From positions 1-50,833 of the forward strand of contig DAONFN010000001.1 of the NCBI GenBank assembly GCA_035403625.1: a stretch of DNA of 50,833 nt. Reading direction: 5' to 3'. Shown in pieces: positions 26,301-34,359 of this stretch. The position numbers and the translations under genes were made by a program. Numbering within the stretch: the stretch's first letter is position 1; every line of letters starts with the position of its first letter. Source of the DNA: Bacteroidales bacterium (GTDB taxonomy: Bacteria; Bacteroidota; Bacteroidia; Bacteroidales; FEN-979). A model generated the notes under the pieces. That model had not been told where the DNA came from. It was given only the letters and a program-made list of their open reading frames with translations, and did not search any database.

Positions 26301-28432
26301 TGACCATTACCAATCCCACCGGAGTCAATGCCGTCAATACCGTTACGATCAGACCCGCAACCGGGATCTCGACCACTTTTTCAGGTGTCGCAACGTCCAT
26401 TCTCAAGCTGGTGCAGGCCAGTTACATCACCATCGACGGATCCAATTGCGGGGGAAGCGATCGTAGCCTGACCTTCAATAACCTCAGCACCTCAGGCACC
26501 ACCGCCACCATCTGGATATGCAGCAACGGTACGGGACAGGGCTCAACCAATGATGTGATTAAAAATTGCAACATCAACAACGGGTATGGAACCACGACTT
26601 CCTACGATATCGTCATCGGAAGCGTAACAGGAATCGGTACTGCCGGTGATGACAACGACCACATCACCCTCCTGAATAATTCCATTTTTAAAGCCTACCG
26701 CGGGATCTATGTGGCGGCTTCCGCCAACGGAGTTGACGACGACCTGAAGATTGTGAACAACACCATCGGAGCGGATATTGCGGGCAACAGCATTTCCAAT
26801 TACGGGATCTATCTTGCCGGGACCGCCTCACCTGAAGTTACGGGCAATGTGATCTACAACATGATCAACAACAATGCCGCCTTGATTTGCGGGATCGAGC
26901 TCAACAGCAATGTCAGCGATGCGATCATCCGGAACAACATGATCCACGACCTGAAGAGTTCATACGCCTATGGTCCGTCGGTTTACGGCATCAACATCGG
27001 TACCGGAAGCAATGTTAAAAATGCCACCCTGATCAACAACGTGATCTATAACCTCACAAGCACGCAGTACGCCGCGGCATCCACTCAGTACAACCCCTTC
27101 GGCGTGCGCATCGTAAGCGGAACCGGGCATAAGATGTACCACAACACCATCAACATGGCAGGCACCCAATCGGCGCCGGGAAGCTCGGCCTCCCTGTCTG
27201 CCGCACTGGTATTTCCCTATCCTATTGTTACAGGTCTTGACATCCGGGATAATATCTTTGCCAACAGTATTGTGGGTCTTGCCGGATCTTCCTCCTACTG
27301 CGTGTATGCCGTGGCCGGATCCACCTTCGGAACCCTCGACTACAACGATTACTATCCTTCCGGGACCTATGGCATACTCGGGTATTTCGGCTCCGCCCAG
27401 ACATCTCTTCCGGCATGGCAGGCTGCTACCGGGCATGAGGGACATGGCAGAAACATCGACCCGGTCTTTACCTCAGCCTCCAACCTGATACCCACCAACC
27501 CCGCGCTGGGACACCTGGGGATATGGCTCCCGGCAGTCCCTTCGGATTATGCAGGCGTGATCCGTGCCAATCCTCCCGATATCGGCGCGTATGAATTTGC
27601 GTCCAACCCGGTCGTCAACACCGACATGGCTTCGGATATTGCTGCGACGACCGCAACCCTCAACGGTTCCATCAATGCAGCGAATCACACGGTTGACAGC
27701 TATTTTGATTATGGAACGACCACCGCTTACGGCAGTACGGTTGCCGGAACCCCGGCGACCGTCACCGGAAGTTCGGCGACTCCGGTTGCGGCGGCCCTGA
27801 CCGGTCTCCAGCCCTTCACCACCTATCATTTCAGGGCAAAGGGAGTCGACGGGGCATTGACTGTATACGGTGAAGACCGGTCCTTTACGACCAGTTCCAA
27901 CATTCCCGTGACGATCGGGGCTTCAGGCACAATATCGAACGATACCTGTATCGATGCCACCCAGACCATCACAGTGGCAGGTACTCCCGATACCTTTACC
28001 GTGACTTCCAGCGGGTATGTGACCCTGATTGCCGGCCAGAATATCGTTCTTTTACCGGGAACAACGGTCGAGCCGGGGGGCTACCTGTGGGCCTACATCA
28101 CGACTACCAACGAGTATTGCGGATCGCCGGCCATCAAGAGTACGGAAGTGTCGCACGATATGCCGTTAATCATGCGTAATAATGAGCATTCACATTTCAG
28201 TCTTTACCCGAATCCGGCCGGCGGCAACATCACCCTGATGCAGGTAAGCGACCTCCTCTTTGACCATGTAAACATTGAAGTTTACACCCTGCAGGGAGAA
28301 AGGGTATTCACCGATGCCATGATCGGGGAGAAGAGGCACGACCTCAATCTTTCGGGCATGGCGAGCGGGCTCTATTTCGTCAAACTGATCGCAGACGGGA
28401 AGGTGGAGACGCTGAAACTGGTCAGATTATAG
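23321..28432 (+). CDS. Giant T9SS-secreted right-handed parallel beta-helix repeat protein (1703 aa)
   Basis: Signal peptide MKKWVLFLFFGLFLAGQSHAQ (start 23321). Two blocks of PbH1-like rungs (…NNLIHDL, GNTIYNL, NNMIADL, NNSIYLN, GNVIYNM, NNMIHDL, NNVIYNL…), an Fn3-like module, and the CTD FSLYPNPAGGNITL...GLYFVKLIADGKVETLKLVRL. Confidence 0.85.
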   Translation: MKKWVLFLFFGLFLAGQSHAQLTGTKSIPGDYATLAAAITDLNANGVGIGGVTFIVADGYTETFATPSAGLISTSSSNSSRPVLFTRSGEGTAPVITAAIGNGSADYIFCLSGTSSITFDGIAIRENPSNSIPEQQVEWGFAILKASATQGSQDVVIKNCSITLDKTNPGSTGIYMDNVTIADPAIQLTITDLSGTNSGNKFYNNVLDNVNRGIYLSGYADPNAPYSYYDQNNDIGSLGGNHVTNFGTGSQAVYGIYAAYQNGLTIANSTINGGDGSTGPVYGIYGGTANNASVNIYGNTITVTSAGTTAGLYGIYNAGLGNGGTSNTLNFYSNSLVNCTYPTATAAIFYGIYNVATAGTINLYSNTARYNTTGGTTQQYLIYTNSTAGNSVNVYNNQVSDNQCTGTGSQTDRSYIFGIQTIGWGNITIHDNLIYNLTLPAQNKFGAGIYGIHGGFSASNSAIYNNLIHDLSVAGSMTSSTSTVIYGIYSSLNSFTNVGTNSIRGNTIYNLQMTLSSTYGGYMYGIYCQYYNNLYSNNVSNLGFTNTSNGYGYGAGIYYSSNGIGYIHENSINNCSMGGTSAYFYGLQINGGDNVYAYNNMIADLNAPTSTVAHALSGIYVVNPVQAGIYNNSIYLNATSNSTGNFGTNGIYITTSALVDLRNNLIINTSSAPSSTTYKTVAYRRSSATFSTYATTSNYNDFFAGTPSATNLIFYDGTTGIQTLSDFKVFAVQRDANSISELPPFSNITTQPWDLHIKSFVPNQCESGGSVISGIVNITTDFDGMPRYPNPGYPERTGYPPTAPDMGAHEFGGIPLDLTPPSILFTPLGKTSSTRARSLNVTVQDASGVPTGGSGVPVLYWKRSAAGSWNAAPADAVNGNIYTFTFGDGVVLNDTVYYYIVAQDNVTPAPNVGATPSNVSGYSADPPACSVPPPDASCYSYKIVGSLCGTFQVGTGQTYPTLTSALNALNQMEVTCPVIFELTDATYPSETFPLTITNPTGVNAVNTVTIRPATGISTTFSGVATSILKLVQASYITIDGSNCGGSDRSLTFNNLSTSGTTATIWICSNGTGQGSTNDVIKNCNINNGYGTTTSYDIVIGSVTGIGTAGDDNDHITLLNNSIFKAYRGIYVAASANGVDDDLKIVNNTIGADIAGNSISNYGIYLAGTASPEVTGNVIYNMINNNAALICGIELNSNVSDAIIRNNMIHDLKSSYAYGPSVYGINIGTGSNVKNATLINNVIYNLTSTQYAAASTQYNPFGVRIVSGTGHKMYHNTINMAGTQSAPGSSASLSAALVFPYPIVTGLDIRDNIFANSIVGLAGSSSYCVYAVAGSTFGTLDYNDYYPSGTYGILGYFGSAQTSLPAWQAATGHEGHGRNIDPVFTSASNLIPTNPALGHLGIWLPAVPSDYAGVIRANPPDIGAYEFASNPVVNTDMASDIAATTATLNGSINAANHTVDSYFDYGTTTAYGSTVAGTPATVTGSSATPVAAALTGLQPFTTYHFRAKGVDGALTVYGEDRSFTTSSNIPVTIGASGTISNDTCIDATQTITVAGTPDTFTVTSSGYVTLIAGQNIVLLPGTTVEPGGYLWAYITTTNEYCGSPAIKSTEVSHDMPLIMRNNEHSHFSLYPNPAGGNITLMQVSDLLFDHVNIEVYTLQGERVFTDAMIGEKRHDLNLSGMASGLYFVKLIADGKVETLKLVRL

Positions 28433-28455
28433 AACCGGAATCCCTGAACAATGAC

Positions 28456-28490
28456 AGGAGGCGGCTCTCAACGGGTCGCCTCCTTTTTAT
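28456..28490. terminator. Rho-independent terminator shared by convergent genes
   Basis: 8-bp stem AGGAGGCG (28456-28463) / CGCCTCCT (28477-28484) followed by TTTTAT. It overlaps the tsaB stop codon. Confidence 0.7.
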
Positions 28491-29221
28491 CTGTCCAGGC
28501 CCTTCACCCTCGGCTTCCCTGCCACAAAATCTTTCAGGTAGAAGGGCTCGAAATAGGCCAGGTCTTCAAAAAGAGTGCCGTTGAAACGATCTTCCGCGAA
28601 ACGGCCCAGGTAACGGGCCGAGGCATGAAATCCCTCCCGGAAAACCGCGTTCGGGTGGCCGCCAAGTGTCTCGAGGCATTTGGCGGCTCCTTCGCCGGCG
28701 AAAACCACCTTGCCGGCGGCGAGGAATTCCGAAAAGGAATCCGCATCGATGATCTCGGCGCGGACTTCCCGGACCTCCTGCAGATTCGTATCATACAGGG
28801 CACAATACACCTCCATCCGGCGGGCGTCGATCATGGGACAATAGAGGGTGAATGGTGTGGGATGAGGGATGTGGGGTGAGGGATCGAATGCCGGTTTTTC
28901 TTCATCCTTCATGCCAGCCGCCATGGCCTGCAGGGTGGAGACGGCGATCAGCGGCTTTCCCAGGGCGTAGCACAGACCCTTGGCGGCAGCCACCCCGATG
29001 CGCAGACCGGTGTATGAACCGGGGCCTTTGCTGACGGCAACGGCATCGAGATGCTCAAACGGCACCCCGGCTTCCTGCATCAGTTCCTGCATGAAAACAG
29101 TTAAAAGGGAAGAATGAACATTCTTCCCTTTCGACTCCCGGAGGGCCAGCAGCGTCCCGTTGCGGAACAGGGCGGCCGAGCAGGCTTCCGTGGCGGTTTC
29201 AATACACAGGATCAGCGCCAT
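28487..29221 (-). CDS. tsaB: tRNA threonylcarbamoyladenosine (t6A) biosynthesis protein TsaB
   Basis: LCIETATEACSAAL, SKGPGSYTGLRIG and PMIDARRMEVY are typical of TsaB/YeaZ. The gene carries an in-frame heptamer tract. Confidence 0.88.
   Translation of the reverse strand: MALILCIETATEACSAALFRNGTLLALRESKGKNVHSSLLTVFMQELMQEAGVPFEHLDAVAVSKGPGSYTGLRIGVAAAKGLCYALGKPLIAVSTLQAMAAGMKDEEKPAFDPSPHIPHPTPFTLYCPMIDARRMEVYCALYDTNLQEVREVRAEIIDADSFSEFLAAGKVVFAGEGAAKCLETLGGHPNAVFREGFHASARYLGRFAEDRFNGTLFEDLAYFEPFYLKDFVAGKPRVKGLDR
28857..28884. repeat. 4 tandem heptamers G(T/A)GGG(A/G)T inside the tsaB CDS
   Basis: Read directly: gtgggat gagggat gtggggt gagggat. They encode PSPHIPHPTP in a loop just before the conserved PMIDARR motif. 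Confidence 0.85.
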
Positions 29222-29224
29222 GCA

Positions 29225-30610
29225 CTACTTTTCTTTCTCCCCGGTGAAGAGATCTTTCTTTTCGACTTTTTTCACCTTGTCGCCGTCCTTCAGCATCTTT
29301 GACACAGCGCTGTAGGGAGCTGTGATGATTTCATCGCCCTCTTTCAACCCACTCAAGATCTGGATGTTGGCGTTATCCTGGATACCGGTCTTCACATTCA
29401 CTTTTTTCGCTATACCGTCTTTCAGAATGAACACACATTCCTGGATGTTGTCGCTTTTCTTTCCGGTGCTGACGAACTCCACCTGGTCATACTGTTCTTC
29501 CTTTTTCTTGGTATTTTTCTGGTTTGCCTTTTCCAGACTGTCTTTGGTTACACGGGTTGTAACGGCCTGGATCGGAACCGTGAGCGCGTTGGGTGCGGTC
29601 TCCGTCTGGATATCGACGGTACACGACATGCCGGGGCGGAAAGGGGAATAGTCGGCCGGCTTCCCTTCCAGCAGATCTTTATAAAAGTCTTTCAGGATGT
29701 GGACTTTCACGTTGAAGTTGGTCACCTGGTCGACGCTTACCCCGGTGGTGTTGGCTGAGGTGGCGATCTCCGTTACGATGCCCTTGAACTTCCGGTTGAG
29801 ATAGGCATCCACTTCGATCAGGGCAGTGTCGCCCATGCTGACGCGGACGATATCGTTTTCATTTACCTGCACCTGGGCTTCCATCTCATTCAGATTTGCG
29901 ATCCGCATGATCTCCGTACCGCTCGAGAACTGGGAAGCTCCCGTTACCCGTTCGCCCTGGAGCACGCTGAGTTTTGACACGGTACCGTCGTTCGGGGCGA
30001 AAATGGCCGTCCGGGTCAGGTCTTCCCGGGACCGTTTCAGGGCGGCTTCCGAATTCTTGACCATGTATTCCGAGGCCCGGATGTCCTCTTCGCCGGCGGT
30101 CACCTGTGCCTGGGCCACCTGGAAAGCGGATTTGGCCTGGTCGTAATCGGCTTTCGAGATCACATTCTGCTGGAAAAGCTTTTCCTGCCGTTCGAACGAG
30201 AGCTTCGCGTTCTCGAACTGCGCCTTCACCTGGGCCAGCCTTGCCTTCGCATTGGAAAGGTTTGCTTTCTGGGTGTTCACCGAGGCTTCGCTTTGGTCGA
30301 ACTGGGAAATGTAGATCTCCGGGTCGATCTTGGCTAAAAGGTCTCCCTTTTTCACCTGGGCGCCTTCCTTCACGTACAGTTCAACCACTTCGCCCGAAAT
30401 GTAGGGGCTGATCTTGATATCTTTTTCGGGCTGGATCTTGCCGTTCGACGAAACGGATTGAATGATGGTCCTTTTCGCCGCTTTCTCGGTGGAAATCTTG
30501 ATCCCTTCGTTCCCCTTTCCCTTGATAACGGCAAGGACAATGATGACGGCCACGACGGCCACGGCGGCGATGATCCACCAGATCTTCTTTTTGGAAATCT
30601 TCCTGGTCAT
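29225..30610 (-). CDS. Efflux transporter periplasmic adaptor subunit (HlyD/MacA-like membrane fusion protein)
   Basis: N-terminal TM anchor, a lipoyl-like motif (GEVVELYVKEGAQVKKGDLLAKID) and a long coiled-coil hairpin (…ANLSNAKARLAQVKAQFENAKLSFERQEKL…); 461 aa. Confidence 0.85.
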   Translation of the reverse strand: MTRKISKKKIWWIIAAVAVVAVIIVLAVIKGKGNEGIKISTEKAAKRTIIQSVSSNGKIQPEKDIKISPYISGEVVELYVKEGAQVKKGDLLAKIDPEIYISQFDQSEASVNTQKANLSNAKARLAQVKAQFENAKLSFERQEKLFQQNVISKADYDQAKSAFQVAQAQVTAGEEDIRASEYMVKNSEAALKRSREDLTRTAIFAPNDGTVSKLSVLQGERVTGASQFSSGTEIMRIANLNEMEAQVQVNENDIVRVSMGDTALIEVDAYLNRKFKGIVTEIATSANTTGVSVDQVTNFNVKVHILKDFYKDLLEGKPADYSPFRPGMSCTVDIQTETAPNALTVPIQAVTTRVTKDSLEKANQKNTKKKEEQYDQVEFVSTGKKSDNIQECVFILKDGIAKKVNVKTGIQDNANIQILSGLKEGDEIITAPYSAVSKMLKDGDKVKKVEKKDLFTGEKEK

Positions 30611-30628
30611 GGAGACAGATATTACAGA

Positions 30629-32083
30629 TTATTCTCGGTCAATTTTTATGGGATATCCCATATAAAAATCAAGGATGGTCACCTTGAAAATGAAATCGTA
30701 TTTTGCCTGGAGCAGCTGGGATTCAGCGAGGGTCAGGTCCTTTTTGGTGTTGTTGTAATCAAAGGAGGTCATTACGCCCACATCGAATTTCTGCTGGGCA
30801 TAGTTGAAGGCTTCCTTCTGCGCCGTAACCTTGTCCTTCGAGGCGTTGTATTTCTGCAGGGCTGCCAGGGCATCGGCATAGGATTGTTCAATCGTCTTGC
30901 GGAGGTCGCGGGTCTTGCCCTCGAGATCGATTTCGGCCTGTGCCTTCTGGATCTTGGCCATGCTGATCGCGGTGCGTCCGCCCCAGCCGTTGAAGATGGG
31001 GATGTTCAGGTAAAACCCTACCGACTGGTTGCTGTTGTCTTTCATCTGGTCGGAGAAGGGCTTGATGCGGGTAGGATATTCGATGTTGGGCATCAGCACG
31101 GCTTCATGCGTGTTCTGGGTGTACCCGACGGGCACCAGGGTGGTATCGGCTTTCCCGTTGGGGTCGCGCTGAAACGAGCTGCCGGAATACCCGGTGCCCC
31201 ACGACCCGCTCACCGACAGCGTCGGTTGGATATACCCGCGGGCCACCGCCAGTTTTTTCTTCGCAATCTCTACCCGAAGTTCGGCTGCACGGATCTCGGG
31301 CCGGGCCTTGAGAGCCGTGGCAAAGATCACTTCGGCGTTGAGTTTTGCATCGGGCGGTTGCACCTCCTTAAGCTGGGGTTTCTCGATTACGAAGTCTTTC
31401 GTCACCGGGAGGTCGATCAGTTGCTGCAGGGAGATACCCGACAGGTAAAGCCGGTTTTCGGCCGTCACCACGTTGAGTTCTTCGGTGGCTTTCTGCGCCT
31501 GGATGTTCAGCAGGTCACCCCGGGCGGCACCCCCTGCCTCGACCAGCTTGTTCACCCGGTCGGCCTGAGCAGTGGTAATGGCCATCTGGTCGCGGGCCGC
31601 ATCGAGCAGCTCCAGGTTGAAGAGCATATCGAGGTAGTAGGCCGCGACCGAAAGGGAGATATTGTTTTTGAGCACATCCATATCGTACTGGCTGGCCAGG
31701 AGGTTGATCTTGTTCTCTTTCAGCGTATTGAATTTCTGCAGTCCGGAATAGAGCGTCATGTTGCTCGAGACGTAGAAGTTGTTCGAACGCACGGTGCTGT
31801 TGGCGAAGGTATTGGTGTACAGGTCGATGGTCTGCCCGAAATTCCATACGTTCGTGCCGTTGGCATTCAGATTCGGCAGCATGGCCAGCCCGCTCTGCAG
31901 GACCGTTCTCCGGTTGGCTTCGACAGCCAGCAGCTGTTTCCGGATGTCGAGGTTGTTGGCAAGGGCATAGTCGATGCAGTTTTCCAGCGTCCATATCTTC
32001 TGGGCCCGGCCGGCTCCCGCGACTGCCAGGAGGGTGATGGCTAATACAGTAAAAAGCCTGAACTTAAAACGAAAGGGCTGCAT
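30629..32083 (-). CDS. TolC-family outer membrane efflux protein
   Basis: Signal peptide, two OEP-type repeats and 484 aa. It lies directly upstream of the adaptor gene on the same strand. Confidence 0.85.
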   Translation of the reverse strand: MQPFRFKFRLFTVLAITLLAVAGAGRAQKIWTLENCIDYALANNLDIRKQLLAVEANRRTVLQSGLAMLPNLNANGTNVWNFGQTIDLYTNTFANSTVRSNNFYVSSNMTLYSGLQKFNTLKENKINLLASQYDMDVLKNNISLSVAAYYLDMLFNLELLDAARDQMAITTAQADRVNKLVEAGGAARGDLLNIQAQKATEELNVVTAENRLYLSGISLQQLIDLPVTKDFVIEKPQLKEVQPPDAKLNAEVIFATALKARPEIRAAELRVEIAKKKLAVARGYIQPTLSVSGSWGTGYSGSSFQRDPNGKADTTLVPVGYTQNTHEAVLMPNIEYPTRIKPFSDQMKDNSNQSVGFYLNIPIFNGWGGRTAISMAKIQKAQAEIDLEGKTRDLRKTIEQSYADALAALQKYNASKDKVTAQKEAFNYAQQKFDVGVMTSFDYNNTKKDLTLAESQLLQAKYDFIFKVTILDFYMGYPIKIDRE

Positions 32084-32105
32084 TTATAGGTTTTTTATGG
32101 GTGTT

Positions 32106-32113
32106 CAAAAGTA
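32106..32113 (-). promoter_or_regulatory. -7 promoter box TACTTTTG for the tolC-adaptor-tsaB operon
   Basis: The plus strand reads CAAAAGTA, 23 bp upstream of the ATG at 32083. Confidence 0.6.
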
Positions 32114-32199
32114 GTGAATTTCCTTTTACTCAAGGGCAATAAGACGAACTAAAAGAGCGCCGGTTACACCCGGGGTTTGTCCGGTATCAAGAAAATTTC

Positions 32200-32207
32200 T
32201 ACTTTTG
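32200..32207 (+). promoter_or_regulatory. -7 promoter box TACTTTTG for the atp operon
   Basis: Full match 49 bp upstream of the atpB ATG. A TTTG lies about 22 nt upstream (GGTTTGTCC), consistent with a -33 element. Confidence 0.65.
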
Positions 32208-32217
32208 CACTGATTAT

Positions 32218-32235
32218 GTGACGGGAATCCGTCAC
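32218..32235 (+). promoter_or_regulatory. 5'-leader hairpin GTGACGG-gaat-CCGTCAC
   Basis: Perfect 7-bp stem with a 4-nt loop, starting about 11 nt after the -7 box and so at or near the predicted 5' end of the atp mRNA. Its arms are the GTGACGG repeat unit and its complement. Confidence 0.5.
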
Positions 32236-32255
32236 CATACGATACCGAAGCGATT

Positions 32256-33389
32256 ATGTCATTCACTCGTTTTCTCAGGCTGGGGCTCCTTCCCGCCCTT
32301 CTCTTTTTGGGATGGGGCTCTGCCCGTGCCGAAGACCATACCCAGCTGGTGCCTGCCGACAGCGCCGCGATCACGACGGAGCATTCCGCTTCCCACGGTG
32401 AGGGAAAATTCAACGCCGGCGAAATGATCCTTGAGCACGTGGTCGATAACCACGAATGGCACATTGCGGAGATCGGCGACCATCATCTTTCCATCCCGCT
32501 GCCTGTTATCCTCTATTACGACGGCAAACTCTTCTGTTTTTCTTCCGCCCGTTTTCACAATGAAACACATTCGTGGGAAGGATTTACACTGGCTCAGGAA
32601 GGAAAAGAAAAGGGAAAGATCGTCCGGACCGGGGTCCACGGCGCCGAACGGGAGAAAGGACCTGCGGTGTATGATTTTTCGATCACCAAGACCGTACTGG
32701 CCATCTTCCTCAGCTCGGCCCTGCTGATCCTGGTGTTCGTTTCGGTGGCCCGTTCCTATACGCGTAACAGGGGCAAAGCGCCGCGGGGACTGCAATCGTT
32801 GCTCGAACCCCTCATCCTTTTTGTACGCGACGATATTGCTAAAAGCTCGATCGGGGAAAAGCGGTACGAGAAATTCATGCCCTACCTGCTGACCATCTTC
32901 TTTTTCATCTTCTTCAACAACCTGCTGGGTCTGATCCCGATCTTTCCCGGCGGAGCCAATGTTACCGGGAATATCGCCGTTACCCTGGTGATGGCCACTT
33001 TTACCTTCCTGATCACCAGCGTGAACGGGACTAAAAGTTACTGGCTTCACATCATCAACACCCCCGGGGTCCCCTGGTGGCTGAAGATCCCGCTGCCGCT
33101 GATGCCGGTGGTGGAGATCATCGGCGTGGTCACCAAGCCCTTCGTGCTGATGATCCGACTTTTCGCCAACATCACCGCCGGGCACATCATCGCCCTCGGT
33201 TTTATCAGCCTGGTGTTTATCTTCGGCGCCATCAGCGCGGCACTCGGACTGAGTGTCTCCATTGGTTCGGTGGCGTTCGTACTCTTTATGGACCTGCTCG
33301 AACTGCTGGTCGCTTTCATCCAGGCCTACGTGTTCACCCTCCTGTCAGCCCTCTACGTCGGACTCGCCATGGTAGAAGAACACCATTAG
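32256..33389 (+). CDS. atpB: F0F1 ATP synthase subunit a, with the long N-terminal extension typical of Bacteroidota
   Basis: C-terminal region …MIRLFANITAGHII… (conserved Arg helix) and 377 aa. It is followed by c, b, delta, alpha and gamma. Confidence 0.92.
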   Translation: MSFTRFLRLGLLPALLFLGWGSARAEDHTQLVPADSAAITTEHSASHGEGKFNAGEMILEHVVDNHEWHIAEIGDHHLSIPLPVILYYDGKLFCFSSARFHNETHSWEGFTLAQEGKEKGKIVRTGVHGAEREKGPAVYDFSITKTVLAIFLSSALLILVFVSVARSYTRNRGKAPRGLQSLLEPLILFVRDDIAKSSIGEKRYEKFMPYLLTIFFFIFFNNLLGLIPIFPGGANVTGNIAVTLVMATFTFLITSVNGTKSYWLHIINTPGVPWWLKIPLPLMPVVEIIGVVTKPFVLMIRLFANITAGHIIALGFISLVFIFGAISAALGLSVSIGSVAFVLFMDLLELLVAFIQAYVFTLLSALYVGLAMVEEHH

Positions 33390-33392
33390 GAA

Positions 33393-33420
33393 GTGAAGAG
33401 TGAAGGGTGAAGAGTGAAGA
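33393..33420. repeat. 4 tandem heptamers GTGAAG(A/G)
   Basis: Read directly: gtgaaga gtgaagg gtgaaga gtgaaga, starting 4 nt after the atpB stop. AGTGAAA recurs at 33435 and 33449 (14 nt apart). Confidence 0.9.
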
Positions 33421-33463
33421 GTTTTGTAATTAGTAGTGAAAAAATAAGAGTGAAAAATCAATA

Positions 33464-33487
33464 ATCAGCACATCAGCACATCAGCAC
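33464..33487. repeat. 3 perfect tandem octamers ATCAGCAC
   Basis: Read directly. This is the exact reverse complement of the 3 perfect GTGCTGAT units at 37485-37508. Confidence 0.95.
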
Positions 33488-33509
33488 ATTAATATCCGTT
33501 TCACCTTAA

Positions 33510-33782
<273 letters not shown>

Positions 33783-33796
33783 CATCGGCAGGCGGA

Positions 33797-33830
33797 CCGG
33801 GACGGGCCAACGGTTGGTTGGCCTTCCCGG
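33797..33830 (+). promoter_or_regulatory. Stem-loop after atpE (possible mRNA stabiliser or partial terminator)
   Basis: CCGGGA(33797-33802)/TCCCGG(33825-33830) plus GGCCAAC(33805-33811)/GTTGGCC(33817-33823), with a 5-nt loop and no U-tract. Confidence 0.4.
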
Positions 33831-33860
33831 GCCGATTTATCCATTGAAAAACAACGGACT

Positions 33861-34355
33861 ATGGAATTGATAACCCCGGGACTGGGACTGATCTTCTGGA
33901 TGACGCTGGCGTTCCTGCTGTTGCTGTTCATCCTGCGGAAATTTGCCTGGACCCCCATCCTCCAGATGCTGAAAGAGCGTGAAACTTCGATCCATGAAGC
34001 GCTCAATTCGGCCAACCAGGCCAGGGAGGAGATGAAAAAGCTGCAGTTCAGCAACGAACAGCTGCTGCAGGAGGCCAAGAATGAGCGCGATGCCATCCTG
34101 AACGAAGCACGGAAGATCCGCGACAAGATGATGGAAGAGGCCAGGATCAAGGCCGGCGAAGAAGCGGCACGGATCGTGGAATCGGCCCGGGCGAGCATCC
34201 ACAACGAAAAGATGGCCGCCATGACCGAGCTGAAGAACCAGATCGCCGAAAATTCACTGATGCTGGCCCGGTTCATCCTTCAGCGCGAGCTCTCCGATCC
34301 GAAAAAACAGGAAGAGTATATCCGGGAAGTGTTAAAGGAGGTTAAATTCAACTAG
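33861..34355 (+). CDS. atpF: F0F1 ATP synthase subunit b
   Basis: One N-terminal TM helix and then a long charged helix; 164 aa; position in the operon. Confidence 0.88.
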   Translation: MELITPGLGLIFWMTLAFLLLLFILRKFAWTPILQMLKERETSIHEALNSANQAREEMKKLQFSNEQLLQEAKNERDAILNEARKIRDKMMEEARIKAGEEAARIVESARASIHNEKMAAMTELKNQIAENSLMLARFILQRELSDPKKQEEYIREVLKEVKFN

Positions 34356-34359
34356 GCGG

